A stretch of 64,000 bases of DNA from Escherichia coli (GTDB taxonomy: Bacteria > Pseudomonadota > Gammaproteobacteria > Enterobacterales > Enterobacteriaceae): assembly GCF_003790525.1 (NCBI RefSeq), contig NZ_CP033635.1; one strand, written 5' to 3'. The position numbers and the translations under genes are program-made. Position 1 is the stretch's first letter, and the number at the start of each line of letters is the position of its first letter. The notes beneath the pieces are model-generated. The model searched no databases. It saw only the letters and a list, made by a program, of their open reading frames with translations, and was not told the DNA's origin. Positions 48,774 to 60,407 of the stretch are shown here, in pieces.

Positions 48774-49523
48774 GTGAAAAAGTTACTGGCACTCACTGCG
48801 GTAGCTGCGCTTACCGGCACGTTTTCAACGCTGGCGCTGGCAGATGCGGATAAAACCGGGTTCTATATCACGGGTAAGGCTGGTGCATCTGTTATCACTC
48901 AGGATAATCAGCGTTTTAGTCAGGACTTTGGTGATGTTGTTTATAAGTATAAAGGCGGTGACAAGAGCGATACGGTTTTTGGCGCCGGCCTTGCGGTGGG
49001 ATATGACTTTTATCAGCACTACAATGTACCTGTTCGCACGGAAGTTGAATTCTATGGTCGCGGCTCTGCGAATTCCCGCTATACACTGGATACATGGGAG
49101 TCCCCGTCTGGAGATAATGGTTGGAAGGAAGACACACAAAACAGGCTCAGCGTGAATACCCTGATGGTGAGCACGTATTATGATTTCAGAAACAGCAGTG
49201 CTTTCACTCCGTGGGTATCAGCCGGACTGGGTTATGCGCGGGTACATCATAAGGCAACATACACCGATACCACCTGGCATAAATCAGGTGAAGTAAGTGA
49301 TGCTTCTTCATTACATTACTCGGGATATGATAACAATTTCGCATGGAGCCTTGGTGTTGGCGTGAAATATGATGTCACCCCGGATTTCAGTCTTGACCTT
49401 GCTTATCGCTATCTTGATGCAGGTGATTCAACCCTGACGTATAAAGACGGGCAGGATACATATAAATCCTCTGTTGATGTCAGAAGTAACGAATTTACGT
49501 TAGGCGCTACATACAGCTTCTGA
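48774..49523 (+). CDS. Hra1/Hek/Tia-family 8-stranded beta-barrel adhesin/invasin
   Basis: GTG 48774 after GGAGAGGTGG. Signal peptide, then TGFYITGKAGASV..., AFTPWVSAGLGYARVH, FAWSLGVGVKYDVTPDFSLDLAYRYLDAGDS, terminal F. Closely patterned on recalled Hra1. Confidence 0.82.
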   Translation: MKKLLALTAVAALTGTFSTLALADADKTGFYITGKAGASVITQDNQRFSQDFGDVVYKYKGGDKSDTVFGAGLAVGYDFYQHYNVPVRTEVEFYGRGSANSRYTLDTWESPSGDNGWKEDTQNRLSVNTLMVSTYYDFRNSSAFTPWVSAGLGYARVHHKATYTDTTWHKSGEVSDASSLHYSGYDNNFAWSLGVGVKYDVTPDFSLDLAYRYLDAGDSTLTYKDGQDTYKSSVDVRSNEFTLGATYSF

Positions 49524-49735
49524 ATGTAATATCTGACTACACGTTGTTAAATTCAAAATCGCAGCGTGTAGTCTGATTTGATAGTTTAATACAACAGACA
49601 CGTACCTTCATGGCACTTCCTTAGCCCCCGGTTACGTTCATTTGTACCAGATGTAAGTGGCGTAAAACCATTGTCCAAATAGTGGCTCTAAAAGATTAGA
49701 TACTCATTTAGATATTATATAGCATAAGGTGATAT

Positions 49736-50089
49736 ATGGGATTTTGGGATGCTATAATGGGATTCGGTAAGCTTGCTTCTAATGCTGCTGCTGAAACGAT
49801 GAAAAAAGTCAATTTCAATGTGTGGGATAAAATAAAATCATCTCCGGTAGAAAGAATTAACGATTTTTATAACCAAAATAATACATCTGAGTATAATCGG
49901 CCAGCATACAGAGGATTGGCTATTGCTGCTCTATGTTTTAGGGGGGATTGGAGCGGGGAGCGTTTATGGCGTGAAGATCAGGAGGCTGCTAATTGGTTAA
50001 AGAATTTTAGAATAAAAATTTCACTGGATACATGTGATTCTGCAGATGAACTACGTAAAATAATCGATCGTCTTACAGAACTGAATTGA
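49736..50089 (+). CDS. hypothetical protein (117 aa), cassette gene A
   Basis: ATG after AAGGTGA. AT-rich. No recognisable motif. Confidence 0.55.
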   Translation: MGFWDAIMGFGKLASNAAAETMKKVNFNVWDKIKSSPVERINDFYNQNNTSEYNRPAYRGLAIAALCFRGDWSGERLWREDQEAANWLKNFRIKISLDTCDSADELRKIIDRLTELN

Positions 50090-50178
50090 TTACTGGAGGT
50101 GAAGTTATTTTTATAGGGATAAGTTGAAAATATTTATATGCCCTGTAAGTGTTATTTATATATCGAGAGCGTGAGCCA

Positions 50179-50379
50179 ATGGTCTTTCTTCGACCACCTA
50201 CTACATTTATCTGTATGAATTGTCAATGGAGTAAAACTATTATTCATGTGAACTGTACAACAGGATTTTATGAATGTCCTGTGTGTGGAGAGAAAGTTAT
50301 TTATAAACGTAAGGCTACGATTACAGAAAATCTGTTTTCCAGAGTAATGCAATTCTTTCTTAAAAATCATAATATTTGA
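50179..50379 (+). CDS. small 4-Cys zinc-ribbon protein (66 aa), cassette gene B
   Basis: CMNC...(19 aa)...CPVC pattern. The start at 50179 is chosen because it retains both Cys pairs; the track ORF starts at 50149. Confidence 0.5.
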   Translation: MVFLRPPTTFICMNCQWSKTIIHVNCTTGFYECPVCGEKVIYKRKATITENLFSRVMQFFLKNHNI

Positions 50380-50460
50380 TTGATAATAATAATTGTGTCC
50401 CGATGTCTGGCGGAGATAGTTTTTGGAAAGTGATTGTGAAATTTTTAGGTTTTTTGTTGT

Positions 50461-51117
50461 ATGACTGATAATGAAAATATTCTCACACCATCAAAAATCA
50501 TAAAATTTCTGGATTACGCTTATGAAAAATCCATCGATGGTATTGGTATCCCGGGGATAGATACGGCACATAGTCTTGCGGAAAGTTATCTGAAAACGGG
50601 TAGTAGTTTAAAAGAACAGATAAATAGCCTTATTCGATGGCAGAATACCAAGTCTGCCACATCAGGTTTTCTTACTGGTCTTGGAGGAATTATTACATTA
50701 CCAGTAACTATACCGACCAATATTTCAAGTGTCCTTTTCATTCAGGTCAGGATGGTAGCATCTATTGCGATCATGTGTGGTCAGGATATTCGTGATGATA
50801 AAGTCAGAACTATTGTTTATACCTGTCTTGTAGGTAATGCTGCGAAAGATATTTTGAAGGAAGCAGGAATTCAGATAGGACAAAGGTTGACAACAAATGC
50901 AATTAGATGTATTAGCAAAGAAATTATTGTAAAGATAAATAAGGCTGTCGGTTTCAGACTGCTTACAAAAACAGGTGCTACTGGTGTTATTAATATGTCA
51001 AAGCTTGTTCCTGTTGTAGGAGGAATCGTTGGTGGTAGTTTTGATGCGATAACAACCAACATCGTTGGTAATTATGCCAGAGATACATTCCTGAGTTTGA
51101 TTGATAATGATTTATAA
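50461..51117 (+). CDS. EcsC-family protein, cassette gene C
   Basis: 218 aa. The Gly-rich amphipathic core ...TSGFLTGLGGIITLPVTIPTNISSVLFIQVRMVASIAIMCGQDIRDD... matches my recollection of PF12787 EcsC proteins. Confidence 0.55.
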   Translation: MTDNENILTPSKIIKFLDYAYEKSIDGIGIPGIDTAHSLAESYLKTGSSLKEQINSLIRWQNTKSATSGFLTGLGGIITLPVTIPTNISSVLFIQVRMVASIAIMCGQDIRDDKVRTIVYTCLVGNAAKDILKEAGIQIGQRLTTNAIRCISKEIIVKINKAVGFRLLTKTGATGVINMSKLVPVVGGIVGGSFDAITTNIVGNYARDTFLSLIDNDL

Positions 51118-51516
51118 AATAAAAGTTTCATAAAAAATAGTATTTTAGGTGTGCTGACGATAGTGGATACTTTAGTATTATTGCTTCAAGTTGCATAATT
51201 TTTAACTAACATTAGGTATGAAATTATCCTGACTGGCGGGTAATACTGCCGCTCAATATGGCAAGGTTGTATTACACTGCAAGGAGAAATTCATCGCATA
51301 TCCTTACCCACAAATTTGGAGGCTATTTTATTTGCCAGTAATAATCATGTTAATCCTGAGAATATAGTTTGATATCATATGGTTAATCATTTATCTTGAT
51401 AGATATCTTCTGGTTTGTATAGGAATTAACTATTGAATATGTCGCCTGAAATCAGAAATCAAAAAATACAAATGACAGTTAACTCCCCACCAACCACTGC
51501 GGTTGGTGGGGAGGAC

Positions 51517-52710
51517 TTATTTCGTTTTTACGTTTTTCTCCATAAGTGAATCAATGTAATCAGCGTACCACTGCATCATTTCACGACGTCCATCCAGATA
51601 TTGCGCATGGTTATAAGTGCCACGCATGACGTTTTTATCAACATGAGCAAGCTGGAGTTCAATCCAGGCTGAGCTGAAATCATGGTCATGGAGAATGGTG
51701 CTGAAGGTATGACGAAATCCGTGGGCTGTTGTCAGGGCATGCCAGCCTGACTGCTCAAGGAATTCATTGATACACTTGCGGTTTCGCGGGAGATCTTTTC
51801 TGAATGCACCAGGAATAATAAAGGCGGAATTACGCGATTCAGTGCGTGTTTTTATCTCCTCCAGTAACGCCAGTACCTGGCGTGAAAGCGGCACAACGTG
51901 CGGTCGTCGCATTTTCATTCTTTCTTTCGGAATAACCCACAGGGCCTCCGTGAAATTAATTTCGTCCCAGGTTGCCAGTCGCAGTTCTCCGGTGCGAACA
52001 GCAGTCAGAACCAGCATCTGCGTTGCCAGCGACATCAGATTTTCGGATGCCGTTATCTGATGCATGAAAGCTCCCATCTGTTCTTCAGAAAGCGTCCTGC
52101 GCTGTTGTTTTTCAGGAGGAAGCAGTACCCCGCTGAGTGTCGATGCCGGATTAACGGTAGCACGTCCTGTTGCTATGGCATAATCAAAAACCTGCGCACA
52201 GAGCTGGCGTGTTTTACGCAGTGCTTCAAGTTTTCCCTGTTCTTCTATAGTCCTCAGAACGTTCAGTATTTCCATGGGGCGGATCCCGGTCACAGGACGG
52301 TTTCCAAGAGCAGGGAAAACATGATTTTCAAGTCTTGCACGCTGATCTGCCTGGTAACCTGTTGTCCATCGACGTGCCATATGGGTAAGCAGCTCCTCTG
52401 CAATGGTGCGAAATGTGCAGGCCATACTTTCCCTGATGGCAAGTTTTCGCGCCTGTTTTTCATACGACGGATCTTTACCTTCAGCCAGAAGTTTCCGTGC
52501 TTCATCCCGCTTCTGACGAGCCTGAGCCAGTGATATGTCAGGATAGACACCAATCACCAGTTTCTTTTCCTTACCGGCAAAGCGGTACTTCAGATTCCAG
52601 TAACGGGCACCGGATTTTTTGACAAGAAGATAAAGGCCCTGACCGTCAGAAAGTTTGTAATCCCTGTCAGCAGGTTTAGCCGACTCAATTTGTCGAACAG
52701 TAAGTGGCAT
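51517..52710 (-). CDS. P4-type tyrosine integrase (DUF4102 arm-binding N-terminus plus catalytic core)
   Basis: 397 aa. N-terminal LTVRQIESAKPADRDYKLSDGQGLYLLV, and catalytic RTGELR...HGFRHTF...RGTY. Confidence 0.92.
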   Translation of the reverse strand: MPLTVRQIESAKPADRDYKLSDGQGLYLLVKKSGARYWNLKYRFAGKEKKLVIGVYPDISLAQARQKRDEARKLLAEGKDPSYEKQARKLAIRESMACTFRTIAEELLTHMARRWTTGYQADQRARLENHVFPALGNRPVTGIRPMEILNVLRTIEEQGKLEALRKTRQLCAQVFDYAIATGRATVNPASTLSGVLLPPEKQQRRTLSEEQMGAFMHQITASENLMSLATQMLVLTAVRTGELRLATWDEINFTEALWVIPKERMKMRRPHVVPLSRQVLALLEEIKTRTESRNSAFIIPGAFRKDLPRNRKCINEFLEQSGWHALTTAHGFRHTFSTILHDHDFSSAWIELQLAHVDKNVMRGTYNHAQYLDGRREMMQWYADYIDSLMEKNVKTK

Positions 52711-52961
52711 GATGTTACCCCTGCAATGTAGCCCCCATAATAGCCCCCAAAATCATCTTGATGTTCATGGAATATGATTTACCCCCAGAGAGAAGGAATT
52801 TCTTATGATACCTTATTTCAAAGGGGGTTAAAGGGGGAGGGGTTATCTCTGTTGAAATCAGTTGATATCAATAGATCCTCCCCAGAGGGGCGAGGGGACC
52901 GTTCGAACTCGTATTTGACTTTGTCAACAATAATAAAGGGAGCTTTCGCTCCCTTGTTAGA

Positions 52962-54047
52962 TTACGATTTTCTCATTAACAGCCACAGGCTGATTAAGAA
53001 GAAGCTGGCGCTTGGCAACAGTGCGCCGATGATCGGCGGGATGCCATAAACCAACGTCAGCGGGCCGAAGATCTGGTCCAGTACGTAGAAGACAAAACCG
53101 AAGCTGATACCGGTGACCACACGCACGCCCATCGGTACGCTACGCAGTGGGCCAAAGATAAACGACAGCGCCATCAGCATCATCACCGCCACGGATAGCG
53201 GCTGGAAGATTTTGCTCCACATGTTGAGCTGATAACGTCCGGCATCCTGACCGCTCGACTTCAGATACTTCACATAGTTGTGCAAACCACTGATGGAGAG
53301 TGCATCCGGGTCCAGCGCCACCACGCCCAGTTTGTCTGGCGTGAGGTTGGTTTTCCAGGTGCCGCTCACCGTCTGCGAACCGGTGATCTGTTTCGGATTG
53401 GTCAGATCAGATTCATCAACCTGCGACAGACGCCAGACTTTATGTTCCGGGTCAAACTTCGCGGTAGCGGCATAACGTACGGATTGCAGACGACGATTCT
53501 CGTTAAAGGCATAAATACTGATGCCACCTAACTCTTCGTCACCTTTAACCCGCTCAATGTAGACGAAGTTGTTGCCATCTTTCGCCCATAAGCCTTGCTG
53601 AGTGGAGAGCAACGAGCCGCCGTACATCGCCTGCGCACGGTAGTTACGCGCCATCTGCTCGCCCTGCGGCGCGACCCATTCACCAATCGCCATCGTCAGC
53701 AAGACCAGCGGAATGGCGGTTTTCATCACCGACAGCGCCACCTGCATACGGGTAAAACCAGAAGCCTGCATGACTACCAGTTCGCTGCGCTGCGCCAGCA
53801 TCCCAAGACCAAGCAACGCCCCAAGCAGAGCCGCCATCGGGAAGAAGATTTGCACATCTTTCGGCACGCTCAGCAAGGTATACATTCCTGCGCCTAACGC
53901 GTCGTAACTCCCCTGCCCGGCTTTTTTCAGCTGATCGACAAACTTGATAATGCCCGACAGCGACACCAGCATGAACAGCGTCATCATGATGGTGGTGAAA
54001 ATAGTTTTACCGATATAGCGGTCAAGTACGCCAAAAGGTTGCATCAC
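52962..54047 (-). CDS. lptG: LPS export ABC permease LptG
   Basis: 361 aa. ATGA overlap with lptF. Core synteny with pepA. Confidence 0.95.
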   Translation of the reverse strand: MMQPFGVLDRYIGKTIFTTIMMTLFMLVSLSGIIKFVDQLKKAGQGSYDALGAGMYTLLSVPKDVQIFFPMAALLGALLGLGMLAQRSELVVMQASGFTRMQVALSVMKTAIPLVLLTMAIGEWVAPQGEQMARNYRAQAMYGGSLLSTQQGLWAKDGNNFVYIERVKGDEELGGISIYAFNENRRLQSVRYAATAKFDPEHKVWRLSQVDESDLTNPKQITGSQTVSGTWKTNLTPDKLGVVALDPDALSISGLHNYVKYLKSSGQDAGRYQLNMWSKIFQPLSVAVMMLMALSFIFGPLRSVPMGVRVVTGISFGFVFYVLDQIFGPLTLVYGIPPIIGALLPSASFFLISLWLLMRKS

Positions 54048-55144
54048 ACCGCTCCTTTACGCGAAAAACTGGCGCGCAGGCGGCGGACCGGCACGGTGTC
54101 CCAAAGGTTGAGAACAATCGCCAAAGCCAGATAAATCAGGTTAACGGTCCACATCCACAGCGTCGGGTCCAGCTTACCTTTACCGCCGTTCGATTTCAGG
54201 GAGGTCTGGATCAGGAAGAACAACAGATACAGCAGCATGGCTGGCAGCATCGATAGTACGCGTCCCTGACGCGGGTTAACCACGCTCAGCGGTACGACCA
54301 TAAGTGCCATCATAAACACGGTGAACACCAACGTGATACGCCAGTTCAGTTCTGCGCGAGCACGATCGGTGTCAGTGTTCCACAATGTGCGCATGTCCAT
54401 CTGGTCGGTATCGTTCGGGTCGAGCGCCACCGCCTGGTGACCAATGATCGCCTGATAATCCTGGAAATCCGTAATGCGGAAATCACGTAACAGTGCAGTG
54501 CCTTCGAAGCGCGTTCCCTGGTTGAGAGTGACGACCTGGGAGCCGTCGCGCAGCTGGGTTAAATGTCCGGAATCGGCCACCACCACAGAAGGTCGTGCAT
54601 TACCTTTTGGTCGAATTTGCGCGAGGAACACATCTTTGAAATCGCTGCCGTCAACGCTTTCGATGAACAGCACCGAGCTGCCATTAGTCGCTTGCTGGAA
54701 TTGCCCTTGCGCAAGCGCCGCCATGCCAGGGTTCGCTTTCGCTTCTGCTAACACTTCATCCTGATGACGCGATGACCACGGTCCCGCCCACATCACGTTA
54801 ACCGCCGCGACGATTGCCGTGAATACCGCAAGGATCATTGCCGCTTTCACCAGCACCGCTTTGCTCAGGCCGCAGGCATGCATTACCGTAATTTCACTTT
54901 CGGTATACAGTTTGCCCAGCGTCATCAGCAGCCCGAGGAACAGGCTTAATGGCAGGATAAGCTGCGCCATTTCCGGCACGCCCAACCCGAGAAGGGAGAG
55001 CACCAGATTCGCCGGAATATCGCCGTCAACCGCTGCGCCGAGGATCCTCACTAACTTTTGACAGAAGAAGATCAAAAGCAAGATGAAGAGTATCGCCAGC
55101 TGGCTTTTGAGCGTCTCCCGCACCAGATATCTTATGATTATCAC
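54044..55144 (-). CDS. lptF: LPS export ABC permease LptF
   Basis: 366 aa, MIIIRYLVRETLKSQLAILFILLLIFF... Divergent from pepA, as in K-12. Confidence 0.95.
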   Translation of the reverse strand: MIIIRYLVRETLKSQLAILFILLLIFFCQKLVRILGAAVDGDIPANLVLSLLGLGVPEMAQLILPLSLFLGLLMTLGKLYTESEITVMHACGLSKAVLVKAAMILAVFTAIVAAVNVMWAGPWSSRHQDEVLAEAKANPGMAALAQGQFQQATNGSSVLFIESVDGSDFKDVFLAQIRPKGNARPSVVVADSGHLTQLRDGSQVVTLNQGTRFEGTALLRDFRITDFQDYQAIIGHQAVALDPNDTDQMDMRTLWNTDTDRARAELNWRITLVFTVFMMALMVVPLSVVNPRQGRVLSMLPAMLLYLLFFLIQTSLKSNGGKGKLDPTLWMWTVNLIYLALAIVLNLWDTVPVRRLRASFSRKGAV

Positions 55145-55407
55145 TTTAAATACGCCCGTAAAAACTCGTCTTTTGCAGGATTTTAGCTTGTTTCATGGCT
55201 TAAACGTCATTTATTCTCTTGAGTCGTCGAAATCGTCGCTAAGATAATTATACTCAACGGATTCACCTCTCAGATTTTGTTCTGACGTGCCAATGCCGTA
55301 ATAACGTTAAGATTAACACGAAGTCATCGCAACAGCGGACATGAGTTACGAAAGCTTGCAATTCTATCTGTAGCCACCGCCGTTGTCTTTAAGATTCAGG
55401 AGCGTAG

Positions 55408-56922
<1,515 letters not shown>

Positions 56923-57055
56923 GTTTGCGTTTTACCCTCACCCTAACCCTCTCCCTAAGGGAGGGGGAACCGATCGAGCGCAATAGAAATTCATTGCTCA
57001 TCTTTCAGGGTGAGGAATGCAGCAATATTTAAATCCACCACAAGAAGCCCCATAT

Positions 57056-57499
57056 ATGAAAAACGCAACGTTCTACCTTCTGGACAATGACACCACCGTC
57101 GATGGCTTAAGCGCCGTTGAGCAACTGGTGTGTGAAATTGCCGCAGAACGTTGGCGCAGCGGTAAGCGCGTACTCATCGCCTGTGAAGATGAAAAGCAGG
57201 CTTACCGGCTGGATGAAGCCCTGTGGGCGCGTCCGGCAGAAAGCTTTGTCCCGCATAATTTAGCGGGAGAAGGACCGCGCGGCGGTGCGCCGGTGGAGAT
57301 CGCCTGGCCGCAAAAACGCAGCAGCAGCCCGCGCGATATATTGATTAGTCTGCGAACAAGCTTTGCAGATTTTGCCACCGCTTTCACAGAAGTGGTAGAC
57401 TTCGTTCCTTATGAAGATTCTCTGAAACAACTGGCGCGCGAACGCTATAAAGCCTACCGCGTGGCTGGTTTCAACCTGAATACGGCAACCTGGAAATAA
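57056..57499 (+). CDS. holC: DNA polymerase III chi subunit
   Basis: ATG 57056 gives [11 protein letters not shown]... (147 aa). Its stop overlaps the valS ATG. Confidence 0.93.
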   Translation: MKNATFYLLDNDTTVDGLSAVEQLVCEIAAERWRSGKRVLIACEDEKQAYRLDEALWARPAESFVPHNLAGEGPRGGAPVEIAWPQKRSSSPRDILISLRTSFADFATAFTEVVDFVPYEDSLKQLARERYKAYRVAGFNLNTATWK

Positions 57500-60354
57500 T
57501 GGAAAAGACATATAACCCACAAGATATCGAACAGCCGCTTTACGAGCACTGGGAAAAGCAGGGCTACTTTAAGCCTAATGGCGATGAAAGCCAGGAAAGT
57601 TTCTGCATCATGATCCCGCCGCCGAACGTCACCGGCAGTTTGCATATGGGTCACGCCTTCCAGCAAACCATCATGGATACCATGATCCGCTATCAGCGTA
57701 TGCAGGGTAAAAACACCCTGTGGCAGGTCGGTACTGACCACGCCGGGATCGCTACCCAGATGGTCGTTGAGCGCAAGATTGCCGCAGAAGAAGGTAAAAC
57801 CCGTCACGATTACGGCCGCGAAGCTTTCATCGACAAAATCTGGGAATGGAAAGCGGAATCCGGCGGCACCATTACCCGTCAGATGCGTCGTCTCGGCAAC
57901 TCCGTGGACTGGGAGCGTGAACGCTTCACGATGGACGAAGGCCTGTCCAATGCAGTGAAAGAAGTTTTCGTTCGTCTGTATAAAGAAGACCTGATTTACC
58001 GTGGCAAACGCCTGGTAAACTGGGACCCGAAACTGCGCACCGCTATCTCCGACCTGGAAGTGGAAAACCGCGAATCGAAAGGTTCGATGTGGCACATCCG
58101 CTATCCGCTGGCTGACGGCGCGAAAACCGCAGACGGTAAAGATTATCTGGTGGTTGCGACTACCCGTCCGGAAACCCTGCTGGGCGATACCGGCGTGGCC
58201 GTTAACCCGGAAGATCCGCGTTATAAAGATCTGATTGGCAAATATGTCATTCTGCCGCTGGTTAACCGTCGTATTCCGATCGTTGGCGACGAACACGCCG
58301 ACATGGAAAAAGGCACTGGCTGCGTGAAGATCACCCCAGCGCACGACTTTAACGACTATGAAGTCGGTAAACGTCACGCCCTGCCGATGATCAACATCCT
58401 GACCTTTGACGGTGATATCCGTGAAAGCGCCCAGGTGTTCGATACCAAAGGTAACGAATCTGACGTTTATTCCAGCGAAATCCCGGCAGAGTTCCAGAAA
58501 CTCGAGCGTTTTGCTGCACGTAAAGCCGTCGTTGCTGCGGTTGACGCGCTCGGCCTGCTGGAAGAAATTAAACCGCACGACCTGACCGTTCCTTACGGCG
58601 ACCGTGGCGGCGTGGTTATCGAACCGATGCTGACCGACCAGTGGTACGTGCGTGCCGATGTACTGGCGAAACCGGCAGTTGAAGCGGTTGAGAACGGCGA
58701 CATTCAGTTCGTACCGAAGCAGTACGAAAACATGTACTTCTCCTGGATGCGCGATATTCAGGACTGGTGTATCTCTCGTCAGCTATGGTGGGGTCACCGT
58801 ATCCCGGCATGGTATGACGAAGCGGGTAACGTTTATGTTGGCCGCAACGAAGACGAAGTGCGTAAAGAAAATAACCTCGGTGCTGATGTTGTCCTGCGTC
58901 AGGACGAAGACGTTCTCGACACCTGGTTCTCTTCTGCGCTGTGGACCTTCTCTACCCTTGGCTGGCCGGAAAATACCGACGCCCTGCGTCAGTTCCACCC
59001 AACCAGCGTGATGGTATCTGGTTTCGACATCATCTTCTTCTGGATTGCCCGCATGATCATGATGACCATGCACTTCATCAAAGATGAAAATGGCAAACCG
59101 CAGGTGCCGTTCCACACTGTTTACATGACCGGTCTGATTCGTGACGACGAAGGCCAGAAGATGTCCAAATCCAAGGGTAACGTTATCGACCCGCTGGATA
59201 TGGTTGACGGTATTTCGCTGCCAGAACTGCTGGAAAAACGTACCGGCAATATGATGCAGCCGCAGCTGGCGGACAAAATCCGTAAGCGCACCGAGAAACA
59301 GTTCCCGAACGGCATTGAGCCGCACGGCACCGATGCCCTGCGCTTCACCCTGGCGGCGCTGGCTTCTACCGGTCGTGACATCAACTGGGATATGAAGCGT
59401 CTGGAAGGCTACCGTAACTTCTGTAACAAGCTGTGGAACGCCAGCCGCTTTGTGCTGATGAACACAGAAGGTCAGGATTGCGGCTTCAACGGCGGTGAAA
59501 TGACGCTGTCGCTGGCGGACCGCTGGATTCTGGCGGAGTTCAACCAGACCATCAAAGCGTACCGCGAAGCGCTGGACAGCTTCCGTTTCGATATTGCCGC
59601 AGGCATTCTGTATGAATTCACCTGGAACCAGTTCTGTGACTGGTATCTGGAGCTGACCAAGCCGGTAATGAACGGTGGCACCGAAGCCGAACTGCGCGGT
59701 ACTCGCCATACGCTGGTGACTGTACTGGAAGGTCTGCTGCGCCTCGCGCATCCGATCATTCCGTTCATCACCGAAACCATCTGGCAGCGTGTGAAAGTAC
59801 TTTGCGGTATCACTGCCGACACCATCATGCTGCAACCGTTCCCGCAGTACGATGCGTCTCAGGTCGATGAAGCCGCACTGGCCGACACCGAGTGGCTGAA
59901 GCAGGCGATCGTTGCGGTACGTAACATCCGTGCAGAAATGAACATCGCACCGGGTAAACCGCTGGAGCTGCTGCTGCGTGGTTGCAGCGCGGATGCAGAA
60001 CGTCGCGTAAATGAAAACCGTGGCTTCCTGCAAACGCTGGCGCGTCTGGAAAGTATCACCGTGCTGCCTGCCGATGACAAAGGTCCGGTTTCCGTTACCA
60101 AGATCATCGACGGCGCAGAGCTGCTGATCCCGATGGCTGGCCTCATCAACAAAGAAGATGAGCTGGCGCGTCTGGCGAAAGAAGTGGCGAAGATTGAAGG
60201 TGAAATCAGCCGTATCGAGAACAAACTGGCGAACGAAGGCTTTGTCGCCCGCGCACCGGAAGCGGTCATCGCGAAAGAGCGTGAGAAGCTGGAAGGCTAT
60301 GCAGAAGCGAAAGCGAAGCTGATTGAACAGCAGGCTGTTATCGCCGCGCTGTAA
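57499..60354 (+). CDS. valS: valyl-tRNA synthetase
   Basis: 951 aa. HMGH and KMSKS motifs, with a C-terminal coiled coil. Confidence 0.98.
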   Translation: MEKTYNPQDIEQPLYEHWEKQGYFKPNGDESQESFCIMIPPPNVTGSLHMGHAFQQTIMDTMIRYQRMQGKNTLWQVGTDHAGIATQMVVERKIAAEEGKTRHDYGREAFIDKIWEWKAESGGTITRQMRRLGNSVDWERERFTMDEGLSNAVKEVFVRLYKEDLIYRGKRLVNWDPKLRTAISDLEVENRESKGSMWHIRYPLADGAKTADGKDYLVVATTRPETLLGDTGVAVNPEDPRYKDLIGKYVILPLVNRRIPIVGDEHADMEKGTGCVKITPAHDFNDYEVGKRHALPMINILTFDGDIRESAQVFDTKGNESDVYSSEIPAEFQKLERFAARKAVVAAVDALGLLEEIKPHDLTVPYGDRGGVVIEPMLTDQWYVRADVLAKPAVEAVENGDIQFVPKQYENMYFSWMRDIQDWCISRQLWWGHRIPAWYDEAGNVYVGRNEDEVRKENNLGADVVLRQDEDVLDTWFSSALWTFSTLGWPENTDALRQFHPTSVMVSGFDIIFFWIARMIMMTMHFIKDENGKPQVPFHTVYMTGLIRDDEGQKMSKSKGNVIDPLDMVDGISLPELLEKRTGNMMQPQLADKIRKRTEKQFPNGIEPHGTDALRFTLAALASTGRDINWDMKRLEGYRNFCNKLWNASRFVLMNTEGQDCGFNGGEMTLSLADRWILAEFNQTIKAYREALDSFRFDIAAGILYEFTWNQFCDWYLELTKPVMNGGTEAELRGTRHTLVTVLEGLLRLAHPIIPFITETIWQRVKVLCGITADTIMLQPFPQYDASQVDEAALADTEWLKQAIVAVRNIRAEMNIAPGKPLELLLRGCSADAERRVNENRGFLQTLARLESITVLPADDKGPVSVTKIIDGAELLIPMAGLINKEDELARLAKEVAKIEGEISRIENKLANEGFVARAPEAVIAKEREKLEGYAEAKAKLIEQQAVIAAL

Positions 60355-60374
60355 TCAACACCGTGATGAAAACG

Positions 60375-60403
60375 AAGGCCGGAGCATGCGCCGGCCTTTT
60401 TTA
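60375..60403. terminator. bidirectional rho-independent terminator between valS and yjgN
   Basis: AAGGCCGG-agcatgcg-CCGGCCTT followed by TTTT. Confidence 0.8.
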
Positions 60404-60407
60404 TCTC

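Noticed and set aside
52861-52920. GTTCGAAC-containing stretch that superficially resembles a tRNA T-arm, next to the integrase
   Set aside because: On neither strand can acceptor, D or anticodon stems be built around it, and there is no GGTTCGA(A/G)TCC plus CCA-end context. It does not match the leuX 3' end as I recall it. More likely it is part of the lptG-distal intergenic hairpin region.
56930-56985. CCCTCACCCTAACCCTCTCCCTAAGGGAGGGGG element after pepA, considered as a novel repeat
   Set aside because: It resembles a common enterobacterial intergenic hairpin that serves as the pepA terminator region in the core genome. It is not island-specific. I mention it only because a related hairpin occurs at 52878-52896.
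57454-60033. Two very long minus-strand ORFs (57454..58578, 374 aa; 58783..60033, 416 aa) inside valS
   Set aside because: They are antisense shadow ORFs of a highly expressed, codon-biased gene. Their translations are low-complexity with no motifs. valS on the plus strand is unambiguous (HMGH, KMSKS).
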